Shown piece by piece: positions 55,010-64,000 of a stretch of DNA of 64,000 nucleotides (positions within the stretch are counted from its first letter, which is position 1; the number at the start of each line of letters is the position of its first letter). Source of the DNA: Nibricoccus sp. Its GTDB lineage: Bacteria > Verrucomicrobiota > Verrucomicrobiia > Opitutales > Opitutaceae. The notes beneath the pieces are model-generated. The model was not told where the DNA came from. It saw only the letters and a program-made list of their open reading frames with translations, and ran no database searches. The stretch spans positions 1,632,001 through 1,696,000 of the forward strand of contig JASGHG010000001.1 in NCBI GenBank assembly GCA_047602425.1, written 5' to 3'. A program made the position numbers and the translations under genes.

Positions 55010-57972
55010 TTAGAATTTTATCTCTGTACTGACGTAGTACAGGCGGCCAACCGCGCCGTACGTGGCTACGTCGGCGCCGGCATCGCGCTCGTGCTCGGGA
55101 AAGCCTGCGGAGCGGGAGGCGGCAGGTGCCCGGCAACGTTGTTAATGCCAGCACGGATCGCGATGTTTCGCGGAATATAGAAGCGAGAGTAGCCGAGCTT
55201 GAAATCGTAACTTGCGCTCACGTCCCACGAGGTGAAGGAACCAACGCGGGTGCGTTTCAACGTGGTGCTGTTGGCAAAAGTGGAGCCGCCCGTACCCAGG
55301 TCGTCGACTGCGGGAATGTAGGTGTGGCCGAGGTTGATTCCCCAACCGGCTTTGCTCCAACTCAAGTGCGAGTAAAAATGGTATCCAGGCATCGTGCCTT
55401 CGGTGGAGGTGGTGAGTCCCGCGTATTCGTAGGCAGGTTCGGAGGGCAGTGCCTGGATTTTATCGTCGAGGAAGAAGGTGCCGGTGGTGCCAACTTCAAA
55501 TTGTCCAATGGCAAACGCGGGCAACACGTAGTCGATGCTAGTGTCGACCGTGCGCACGACGGCGCCCGTGTAATTCCGTCGAAGATCGTTGATCATGATT
55601 TGATTCGTCGCGCCGCCCGCATCGAGAAATGCGCGAATCTGTCCAACGGTCGTGATCGGCGCGCCGTTGAGTGTCACAAGGTCCGCATAAGGCGAACCTG
55701 TGCCGAGCTGGTTTACATTTTGCACGATGGTCACGCCACCGACGGTGCCGACCAATCCGTTGATCTGGAGATCGAGATAATCGACGGAAATGCGAAGGCC
55801 AGGCAGAACCTTTGGTACAAGCACAAAACCCACCGACTCGGAGCGCGAGGTGGAGGGCCTGAGGTTGGGATTGCTGCTGACGCGCTGAATACCCTGGCGG
55901 CTCACGCCATCACCGTAACCCAGCGCTGCCGACAGGCTGGAGGAGTTACCCTGCGTAGCCGGTCCGTACATCGCAAAAAGCGTCGGCGCAGCAAAACCTT
56001 TTCCATAGGTGCCGCGGAAAGTGAGTTGCTCATCGAATGGCTGCCAGCGCACACCATATTTCGGCACGCGGGATACGCCGGACTCGTTGAAATCCTCCAT
56101 GCGAAACGCGACGGTAAAATCGAGCGCGTGAGCGAGGAACGCCTGCTGTTTCGGACTCGCGACGGGTACATGAAGTTCGGCAAAACCCGAACGCACGAAA
56201 CGGGATTGGTCAATCGGATCAAAAAAAGTGCCACCACTCCAACGCTGGCTCGTGGGCCCGGTGTTGCGGGAATTGTCATCTGGCATGCCGGCGAGCTTTT
56301 CGTCGCGATAATTGCCTCCAAGGGCTAGTTCGGCCTGACCGGCCGGCAACAGGTCGAACTTCCCGCGCAATACGAAGTCGACGGAATCCAATCCGCTTTT
56401 CAGATCGGCGCGGGCTGTACCCAGAACATTGGCCAACGCCGCGGGATTAATAGCCTCAGGACGAGCGAAGGGATCGAGGGCGGGCTGCAGCACAGTATTA
56501 TCCGTGGTTCGTTGAGCCGCATAAAAAGCCTGAATTTGCGCGGCGGTGGTCACATTCGTCGGCAATGCAGGAGCCGAGAAATCTTTATAGACACGGCTGT
56601 AGCCACCGCCGGATAGCACATTCCCATTCGCATCATAACCGCCACGTACCGCCAAATCGAGATTCGGGCTGTACAGGACGTTAGCTGTGCGTGCAAGAAT
56701 GCGGTTCTGGCTTCGGCTGTAAGCCAGTTCCCAATTCCAATCAGGCGACAAGATACCTTTTAGACCCGCAGTCACGGTCGCTTCGTGGGTGAGCATTCGA
56801 TATATGCGCGGCGCCGGGATGTAGCGAAAATTGACGCCAGGCACGCTCGCGTTGATTGGATTGTAAGGCGTGTCGTCTGCAACCGTGAAGCTAGTCGCCT
56901 GAGCCGGCAGTTGCGTGGAGGTGTTGGCGCGCGTGAAAAGCACATTTCCGAATGCCTCCAGCCGTTTGTCGAAAAGGCTATAAGTGAGGCCGGTGTAGGA
57001 TGACGATTGTTCTTTCGCGGCATTCAAGGTCACGGCAGGAGCCAAATTGATCTCGCTCGCTCCCGAGACATACGCGCCCGCGGTGACCAGCGCGTTCATG
57101 TTGGCGGCAGTCGCACCCGGACCGGTGACAACCAATTCCCGCGGAGAATTAATCGCAGGTTTGAGATAATAGGTCCCGGCAACCACGGCATTCGTGGAAG
57201 TGACGACGCCCGAGAAGTTCGGGGCGAGCGCGACGTTGCTAAAAGGCCGTTGGTCCTGGAACAGCGGCGTGTTTTTCGAATATTCGCCGGTGACAATCAC
57301 ACCGAGCCGGCCCTGCTTCACGCCGCTCACAAAATGGGCAGAGCGTTCCGAATAGTCGCCATCAGCGGTCGAGAAAGCATAGCGATCGCCGACTTCCGCG
57401 CCATTAAACGCACTCTTGAGAATCACGTTGACCACGCCGCCCGTTGCATCGGATCCGTAAACCGCCGACGCACCGTCGGTGAGCACCTCGACGCGTTCAA
57501 TCGCCGCGAGAGGGAACTGACTGACATCGACAAAGCTGATACCGTTGCGGGCGTTTGCACCGTTGGTGGCCAGCCGCCGGCCATTCAACAACACCAGCGT
57601 GCCGGAGTTATGGAGGGAAACGCGAGCGCCGCCGTAAGTGCTGGTGACTCCCGTGCTGGCGTTGGAAAGGCCAATGTTGCCGGAACCCGACAGCGCGGGA
57701 ACTTGTTTGCGCAGCACCTCGAGCAGGTTCGTCGCAACCCCTCCGCGTTCGATGGCGTACCGCGTAACAATTGTCAGCGGAGCCGCGTCGCGCGGCATCG
57801 TCAGGCTGGAACCGGTGACTAAATAACGGTCGAGTTTAACGACGTCCTGCTTGTCGGTGGCGGACGCCGGTTCGGTTTGGGCTGCCCCAGAAAGTACGGA
57901 GCTGACCGCTGCCGCGATTACGCTCGCGATTCGGGCAAAGTGAGGGAGTTGAAGAGGCTTGTTTGTTCGCAT
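55010..57972 (-). pseudogene. TonB-dependent receptor with a frameshift about 24 codons before the true C-terminus (or sequencing error)
   Basis: TonB-box YLVTGS, plug FPLAAIERVEVLTDGASAVYGSDATGGVVNVIL, NPNLRP; canonical tail DAGADVATYGAVGRLYYVSTEIKF* lies in another frame past 55085. Confidence 0.8.
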
Positions 57973-58159
57973 GGTAGTCAAACGGATGGCGCGGAGGTGG
58001 CGCACCACTGGCGCGCCACCGCCAATCCACATGAAATTTACAAACCAAACCTAACCGAAAGACCAACCGAATTTTGCGCTAAATGTATTATTCAGGGCAC
58101 TACGGACGGACCTTACGGTAAGATCGCCGGAATTATTGAAAACCCGGCCTGCCTAAAGG

Positions 58160-58645
58160 TTAAGGCAGCTTCGCCGCCGCGACTTTGGCGGACTGGGCCG
58201 CGCGGTAGTCGTCGAGCGCTTTTTTCGTTTTCGGGTCGTTCAAGGCCAGCATAGCCACGGCAAAGAGCGCGGCATTGACCGCCCCGGCTTTGCCAATCGC
58301 AAAAGTCGCGACCGGTATGCCGCCCGGCATCTGCACCATTGAGAGCAACGAATCGAGACCTTTAAGCGACGCCGATTCCATCGGCACGCCCAATACGGGC
58401 AAGGCCGTCAAGGCCGCCGCAACGCCTGCGAGGTGCGCCGCGCCACCTGCGGCCGCGATCACGCACTTGAGCCCACGCGCCTCGGCGCTGGTGGTCCATT
58501 CGTGCATCAATTGCGGCGTGCGATGCGCGCTGATCACGCGTTTCTCGTAGGGAACACCGAGCGCATCGAGCGTCTGCGTGCAATGCTGCATCGTTTCCCA
58601 ATCTGATGTGCTGCCCATGATAACTCCAACGAGTGGTTGTGCCAT
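58160..58645 (-). CDS. purE: N5-CAIR mutase
   Basis: IMGSTSDW, SAHRTP, AGGAAHL, GLDSLLSMVQMPGGIPVAT. Confidence 0.97.
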   Translation of the reverse strand: MAQPLVGVIMGSTSDWETMQHCTQTLDALGVPYEKRVISAHRTPQLMHEWTTSAEARGLKCVIAAAGGAAHLAGVAAALTALPVLGVPMESASLKGLDSLLSMVQMPGGIPVATFAIGKAGAVNAALFAVAMLALNDPKTKKALDDYRAAQSAKVAAAKLP

Positions 58646-58726
58646 AATGCCGCCCAGTTAGTGAACCACTTTCATGGCTTCAACCGTGAAAACCATTTTT
58701 TCGGCAAAAAAGATGCGTGCTTCCGA

Positions 58727-59188
58727 TTACTCGCCCAGTCCCAGCAGGTGGCGTAACTTCAGATCTTCGCGCAACCGCTCTCGAAGCTCTGTCCGCAATG
58801 ACTGCCAGGCCCACGCGTCGAAATGCGGCGTTCCCCTCGCCCGCTCCAACTCGTTCCAGGCCCGCAATAGCGTCGCAAATTCCTCCACGTGCGCCGTCGA
58901 GCCGCTCCCCTTCCCGCGAAATTCGCTCTGAGACTCGTCGGCCGCGGCATCCCCTTCCGCCCACTCCATCGTCGAACGCTTCCGCAAAAATGCCTGCAGC
59001 ACCAAGGCAACAACGCCTGCGCCCGCAGCCATTATGAAACAACCCATTTCGCCCCGACAAACTCCGACAAACGCCATTCCCGTGCATAAAGCCACCGCGC
59101 TCAGATATCCCGCGCAGGCCAATCTCGCCAGTACCACGCCCCAGTCGGTCGAAGTTAGGCTTGCGTGATCGGGTGCGGCGCGATTCAT
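58727..59188 (-). CDS. Hypothetical membrane protein
   Basis: Two hydrophobic segments and a helical C-terminus; fills the gap upstream of purE on the same strand. Confidence 0.55.
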   Translation of the reverse strand: MNRAAPDHASLTSTDWGVVLARLACAGYLSAVALCTGMAFVGVCRGEMGCFIMAAGAGVVALVLQAFLRKRSTMEWAEGDAAADESQSEFRGKGSGSTAHVEEFATLLRAWNELERARGTPHFDAWAWQSLRTELRERLREDLKLRHLLGLGE

Positions 59189-59300
59189 CAAATCCCTGTA
59201 AGCACCTTCGGTGCCATCGCCGAGCCGCTTGCATTACATACGTCCTGACCTTGCAGCATTGAACTTTTCCCCCACCACGGGGTCCACTAAACCTTTTACC

Positions 59301-59705
59301 ATGACCAAGACCATAGCTCTGTCCTCCCTCCTTGCGCTCGCGCTCGCCGGCTTTTTCAGCGGCTGCCGCACCATCGATTATGACAACTCCGGCGGCAACT
59401 ACGCCGTCTTTCAACTCGGCGAATTTAAAGGCCTGGTGAACACCAAGGCGCCCGAAGCGGCGGAGGCCGTCAAAAAAGCCGTGCAGCAACTCGACCTCTT
59501 TCAAACCTACGCCGTCGTCAACAAGTACGAAGCACAGGTCCTCGCCCGCACCCGCAACGATCAAAAGGTTCGCATCAACATCGAGGAATCCAACAGCCGC
59601 CAGACACTCATCCGCATCCGTTGGGGCGAAGGCGGCGACTACGGCAGCTCTCGCAAACTTTTCGACAAAATCGATGCCATCCTGCTCGCCGGCGGGGTGA
59701 AATAA
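59301..59705 (+). CDS. DUF3568-family lipoprotein
   Basis: Lipobox FSGC; KAVQQLDL...AR...KVRINI...T.IRIRWG..GD...S..LFDKI. Confidence 0.75.
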   Translation: MTKTIALSSLLALALAGFFSGCRTIDYDNSGGNYAVFQLGEFKGLVNTKAPEAAEAVKKAVQQLDLFQTYAVVNKYEAQVLARTRNDQKVRINIEESNSRQTLIRIRWGEGGDYGSSRKLFDKIDAILLAGGVK

Positions 59706-59733
59706 TCCGCGTAGTACGCATTCAAATACTCTC

Positions 59734-59762
59734 GGCCCGGCCTGAAACGCCGGGCCTTTTTT
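59734..59762 (+). terminator. Rho-independent terminator
   Basis: GGCCCGGC/GCCGGGCC stem plus T6. Confidence 0.75.
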
Positions 59763-59792
59763 GCGCGCCGTTTTCCCGGCGCTCCATTTTTC

Positions 59793-60650
59793 TCAGCTCA
59801 TCTTTTCGATCCGCGCCGCTACGTCAGCCCGCAACCGGTCGACGTAGCCAAGCGTGTAGTCGCGCACCGAAAGCTTGGGATCGTTCACCAACGGCGTCAG
59901 ATCCATCGTCCAAGTGATGCCCTCCAGCCGGTCCGTCGCGTGCGAGGTATGAAACGTCGCGTTGGCCAGCCGCCGCCCCACCGTCGCGAGGTCGTAGCGT
60001 TTGCCACCGGCGATTTGCGAATCGAACTCCTTCAACATTTCCGCCGCTAGCCCCGGTCGGCGCCCGGAATCGAGCGCCACCTTGTCATCATCGAGCAGCC
60101 AGTCGAGGTCGCGCCAAACCTCACAACCCAGCACGCGGACCGGACGCCGCTCCGCCGGCATCGCGCGCAAAACTTCCAGACTGCGCAACAAAACGCCGAT
60201 GTGCGTATCGTGTTTGTCGGCCGGATTGTGGAGGTAAATCACCTCCGCCTTGCAGCCGTTTAAAATCGTCGCCAAGTCGCTGCGAACTGGTTCGGCTTCC
60301 TTGGAGGATTTTACCAGCGCGCTCGGATGCGCCAGCTGGATTTGAATTCCATACCGCCCGCGTTTCGCTGCGCGACGCTGCTCGTCGCGACGGACTTCCT
60401 TCATCTGTTCGTCGATATAATTAGCATAAACCCCCGAGCGCGGACTGCCCGCGCCATCCGTCACCACCACGCCACCGAACCATTTCCCAGGGGTTTCCAG
60501 GCAATCGACGATTCCCGCGTGAGCCATGATCTCGATGTCATCCTGATGCGCCGCGATGCAAAGATGCGTGACCTGCGCCAGCGCCACCAGCGGAGACAGG
60601 CCATCGGGCACGAAGATGTCGGCGGCGGGTTGGAAAAATTTCACGACCAA
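59793..60650 (-). CDS. PIG-L/LmbE-family N-acetyl deacetylase
   Basis: AAHQDDIE, VTDGAG, RRDEQRRAA, HNPADKHDTH. Confidence 0.85.
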   Translation of the reverse strand: MVVKFFQPAADIFVPDGLSPLVALAQVTHLCIAAHQDDIEIMAHAGIVDCLETPGKWFGGVVVTDGAGSPRSGVYANYIDEQMKEVRRDEQRRAAKRGRYGIQIQLAHPSALVKSSKEAEPVRSDLATILNGCKAEVIYLHNPADKHDTHIGVLLRSLEVLRAMPAERRPVRVLGCEVWRDLDWLLDDDKVALDSGRRPGLAAEMLKEFDSQIAGGKRYDLATVGRRLANATFHTSHATDRLEGITWTMDLTPLVNDPKLSVRDYTLGYVDRLRADVAARIEKMS

Positions 60651-61522
60651 AGTCTGTTTGGATAATCGCCTTTTTCAACCAGTGCGTTCAAGGCCGCGAC
60701 CACGCGCGGCTTGTCCTCGCGATACGTCACGCCAAACCAGTTGCTTGTCGTCGGCAGCACCTTCACCGCCGCTTCCTTGCGCGCGATCAAATCCGAAATC
60801 GAGCCGGGCAGATAAAATTCCGCCTTCAATGGATTCTGCGGCATCGTCTCGGTCAAAAACGTTCGAAAGCGCTCGTCGAGGCGTGGAAAAATTCCCGGCG
60901 TAAAACCCCAGCAGTTCATCGAAACAATCGTCTCGCCTGCGAATTTCCGCCCAAAACCAACCTCCGTCGGCAAAATGCCGGTGTGCTCCGTTACGCCCTG
61001 CAGCGCGCCGTCGCTTGCCACCTGGCAAACGCCGCGCGACACCGCACCATTTTCGGAAAGCGTATTTGCCAGATGAAAACCAACCATCGCTGCACTCGTG
61101 CCGGTGGCGTTTTTTAAAAATCCGGCGAGTTGCCTGAACGAATCCGCGCCATAAAAATCGTCCGCGTTGATGACTGCGAATGGCTCGCGCATCGCCTCGC
61201 GCGCGCACCAAGTTGCGTGCCCTGTGCCCCAAGGTTTTTCGCGTCCGGCCGGAACGGCAAAGCCCGCCGGCAGCGCGTCGACCGATTGAAAAACATAATC
61301 AACCGCGATGCGCCCAGCGTATTTCGCGCCAATTTGCTCGCGAAACATCTTCTCAAAATCCCGCCGGATCACGAAAACCACGCGGCCAAAACCGGCGCGC
61401 AACGCGTCGAATACGGAATAATCGAGAATGGTTTCGCCCGACGGTCCAACCGGGTCGATCTGTTTAAGACCGCCATAGCGGGAGCCCATGCCGGCAGCGA
61501 GAACAAGAAGCGCAGGTTGCAT
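60641..61522 (-). CDS. Sugar-phosphate nucleotidyltransferase
   Basis: LAAGMGSRYGGLKQ, KPWGTGHA, INADDFYG, EFYLP, WFGVTY. Confidence 0.88.
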   Translation of the reverse strand: MQPALLVLAAGMGSRYGGLKQIDPVGPSGETILDYSVFDALRAGFGRVVFVIRRDFEKMFREQIGAKYAGRIAVDYVFQSVDALPAGFAVPAGREKPWGTGHATWCAREAMREPFAVINADDFYGADSFRQLAGFLKNATGTSAAMVGFHLANTLSENGAVSRGVCQVASDGALQGVTEHTGILPTEVGFGRKFAGETIVSMNCWGFTPGIFPRLDERFRTFLTETMPQNPLKAEFYLPGSISDLIARKEAAVKVLPTTSNWFGVTYREDKPRVVAALNALVEKGDYPNRLWS

Positions 61523-61748
61523 CCCACCAAAAAAGCCGCCGCCGCCCCCCGGCGCAACCCAGATATATCGCCACCGCCTCCACCCTTCACCAACACCCAT
61601 CGAAAGCCGTCACCCGCCTGCAAACATTAGTTCTCCCAGATAGTTGGTCACGTATTACGTGATGGCGTGGGCGAAACTCTGATAAATAACGAGGTGCTCT
61701 TCGTGCCGTTTTTCGGCGGGCGGGATATGAAGGCGCAGGGGGCTCGAA

Positions 61749-62342
61749 CTATTTTCCCAGGCGGCGGAGAGCTTTGTTGATTTTTTCCACGTCGCAATGG
61801 GTCGAGTCATAGGCGGGACCGAGCCATTCCAGCCATTCGCGGCCGAGGTCGGTATCCGGCTCCTTGATACAGGCGAGCATGTCGTGAAAAGCTTCCAGAC
61901 CGCCGCAATCCTCGGGTGGGCCGGCGCGTTCGCCCGCGGTGCAGGATGGGTAGGCAACGCCTTTTTCGACCGCGACGGTTTTCTCCACACGAACTTCCAC
62001 CTGCCACCCTTCGCCAAAATTGTAGGCGTAGTGCAGCCGGTCGCGCGAGGCGAGGTCCAGGTCGGCCAGCGTGACGTCGCGATCGTCCTCGATCACTATC
62101 TCATCCTTACGCAAGGGATTTCCAAAGCGAAGATCATCGATGACAAATTCGTGGGTTTGATAGTCGTACCAGTCAAAAAGCACTTGAATGCTGTCGTGCA
62201 GACGGCTTAGCCACATCGTTTCACGAACCAACAATCTCCGCCAGATCCGCGGGGTGCATCCGACCACGCTCAGCCGCAACGAAAATGCCTTTTCCTGCGG
62301 TTTCTTGACGGGCGAGCCTTTGCCTTCGTGCAACGAGATCAT
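61749..62342 (-). CDS. Plasmid pRiA4b ORF-3 family protein
   Basis: PRIWRRL, LH..IQ..F.W...H.F, Y.YNFGEGW, GERAGPPEDCGG. Confidence 0.88.
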   Translation of the reverse strand: MISLHEGKGSPVKKPQEKAFSLRLSVVGCTPRIWRRLLVRETMWLSRLHDSIQVLFDWYDYQTHEFVIDDLRFGNPLRKDEIVIEDDRDVTLADLDLASRDRLHYAYNFGEGWQVEVRVEKTVAVEKGVAYPSCTAGERAGPPEDCGGLEAFHDMLACIKEPDTDLGREWLEWLGPAYDSTHCDVEKINKALRRLGK

Positions 62343-62404
62343 GGACGTGCAGTGTTAAACGGCCACGCCCCCGTCATGCAAGCCAAGCATCCGTCCCGCG
62401 CCGC

Positions 62405-63424
62405 TCACCAAACACGGCTGACGACACGTGCTTCGAGGGCGTTTTGCGCCTCCGCAGGCAATTGGTTCAAAAAATCCAGCCCGGTGCGCCGCTCGATCTC
62501 GTCGATCGAAGTGAGATAACGGCCTGATTCGATTTCGGCCGGAGTGTCTTGGGGAAAAATAAATGCCTCGGCGCGGACCCGACCTTCATTCTCGTCAATT
62601 ATGATCATATAGAATGCCTCGGGCACTGCGATGCGGCGTTTCAAACGCACCGGTCTGTCGCCAAAAATGGGCCCAACCAGCACCCATACTTCGCCAAAGC
62701 GGGCCGGATAATTCGTCGCGATGCGTTGCTCCAATTCCTTCCATGGACCGGCGTTGAGCGCGTGTTTTTGCGGGCAAATATTCGACAATCGAAACGTTTC
62801 TTCCTGCGCCTCGCGTCCATAGTGAAGCGCGATCGCGTAGTTCGGCGCCATGTGTCCGCGATCATAACCGCTGCGCGCGTAATCGTTCGATTCGACACGC
62901 GCCACCGTGCGCGCATCCGTCGTGAATTCTTCAGGCCGGGGCGGCAGTTCTTCCAATTTCCCGTCGCGCACACGATACGCAGTCCAGACAGGATTGCCCA
63001 ACTCGTCACTGTAGCCGTTCGTGAAACCGTGATTCGAAAGCACGCGCAAGCCATGCGTCGCGGTCGTTCGCACCAACTGCGGTTGGCCACCATAAAAACT
63101 CCCGTCCTTTCCCTCCGCAACCGCCGCGACGTAATCCTTGCTGTAGTAAAGTTGCCAAAGATCCCACGCGACGTCGAAGGCGCTCACGTGTTTGCGCGAA
63201 TCGAAACAATTTCCCACCAAGCGCGAAACCTCGGCTTGGCGCGCGGGCGTTTGGCAAACGTACCAACCGCCGATCACGCCCCAAACCACGAGGTTGGCGA
63301 CGAGGAAAAAGCGGCGAAAGGAACGCGGCTGGGATTTTGCGGGAGAAGATTTCGAAGATTTGCGGGCCACGGAAAAAGTGAGTCGTGCCGCAACAGACCA
63401 GGCAACTCCGACCGTGTTCGCCAA
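62405..63424 (-). CDS. Membrane-anchored DNA/RNA non-specific endonuclease (His-Me finger)
   Basis: SGYDRGHMAP, TF.LSNICPQ..LNAGPW..LE, VPEAFY, IE.RTGLDF; N-terminal TM; start uncertain. Confidence 0.9.
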   Translation of the reverse strand: MANTVGVAWSVAARLTFSVARKSSKSSPAKSQPRSFRRFFLVANLVVWGVIGGWYVCQTPARQAEVSRLVGNCFDSRKHVSAFDVAWDLWQLYYSKDYVAAVAEGKDGSFYGGQPQLVRTTATHGLRVLSNHGFTNGYSDELGNPVWTAYRVRDGKLEELPPRPEEFTTDARTVARVESNDYARSGYDRGHMAPNYAIALHYGREAQEETFRLSNICPQKHALNAGPWKELEQRIATNYPARFGEVWVLVGPIFGDRPVRLKRRIAVPEAFYMIIIDENEGRVRAEAFIFPQDTPAEIESGRYLTSIDEIERRTGLDFLNQLPAEAQNALEARVVSRVW

Positions 63425-63714
63425 ACGCCGCCCCTAAAAATACATGAAGGCCGCCCCTTGAAGAGGCGGCCCACATGACCTAACACCAAGCAAACCGTAA
63501 GAACTACAAACGAGCATCGTTCCCTAGAACGATGTTGACTACACAGAGGTAGACGCGGGCTTTCGAAATTCGCTCAAAATTATCCAGAAATTATTCACAG
63601 AATTCACGATTTTCGTTAAACACTAAAACGCAGCATTTAACGCCAAATCCACGACATGGCCGCGAATTTTTCGTCTGATAAAAATTCGCTAAATCCAGCC
63701 GATTTCGAACGCGG

Positions 63715-64000
63715 TTAATTTTTCTTCGCGGATTCCGTGAACGCAGGTTGCTCCACTTCGCGCGGCAATGGCGTGCTCGTGAGCGGATAGCGAAAAGTTT
63801 TCCCCTCGTAGTTGCGGAAAACAACTTCGTCGTCGGTGATTTTTTCCACGTAGTCGGGATTGATCGGCACCTTGCCGCCGCCGCCGGGAGCGTCGATGAC
63901 GTATTGAGGAACCGAATACCCCGTCGTGTGGCCGCGCAATGCCTGGATGATCTCGATGCCCTTGCGCACATCGACTTTAAAGTGCGAGCCGCCGGTGATC
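63715..64000 (-). CDS. KamA-family radical SAM protein (lysine 2,3-aminomutase-like), 3' end only
   Basis: SHFKV...GIEII..LRGHTTGYSVPQYVIDAPGGGGKVP...RNYEG. Confidence 0.9.
   Translation of the reverse strand, partial: ITGGSHFKVDVRKGIEIIQALRGHTTGYSVPQYVIDAPGGGGKVPINPDYVEKITDDEVVFRNYEGKTFRYPLTSTPLPREVEQPAFTESAKKN

Noticed and set aside
57973..58159. Riboswitch (e.g. cobalamin or TPP) upstream of the TonB receptor
   Set aside because: No B12-box or TPP core motifs visible
61565..61600. CACC-rich pseudo-repeat
   Set aside because: Irregular spacing; not a clean tandem array
61749..62342. IS1096-like element suggested by the pRiA4b ORF-3 gene
   Set aside because: No transposase, terminal inverted repeats or target duplication

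Overview
A high-GC bacterial chromosomal window. The 16S sequence and gene content point to Verrucomicrobiota, family Opitutaceae. Most of it is housekeeping: addAB-like helicase/nuclease genes, rpsT, rnpB, gyrB-gyrA, a complete rrn operon (16S-tRNA-Ala-tRNA-Ile-23S-5S, minus strand), rpoE-like sigma/anti-sigma, a polyprenyl synthase, rplM-rpsI, cca, tal, purE and a kamA-like 3' end. Interspersed are (i) a type IV pilus pilMNOPQ operon, and a separate three-gene minor-pilin cassette directly behind a CHASE4 kinase/DevR-like regulator pair, and (ii) polysaccharide genes: a sulfatase, a 2009-aa CE8+PL1 surface protein facing a beta-propeller sensor kinase, GH53, a GH20-like gene and a TonB-dependent receptor. 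I found no CRISPR array, prophage, intact transposase or defence system, and I cannot claim a wholly new system. The best leads are an unusually long RNase P RNA (about 513 nt) with a greatly extended P8 and repeat-like inserts; STRR-like heptamer arrays and a REPIN doublet; the poly-Ser, GlyGly-CTERM-like pectinase with a duplicated unnamed module; the two-component/pilin-adhesin cassette with a candidate operator; single-base frameshifts in pilM and the TonB receptor; a 33-aa bS22/COX24-like ORF missed by the ORF track; and a candidate sRNA or leader near 63.5 kb. All family calls rest on motif recognition by eye; no searches were run.
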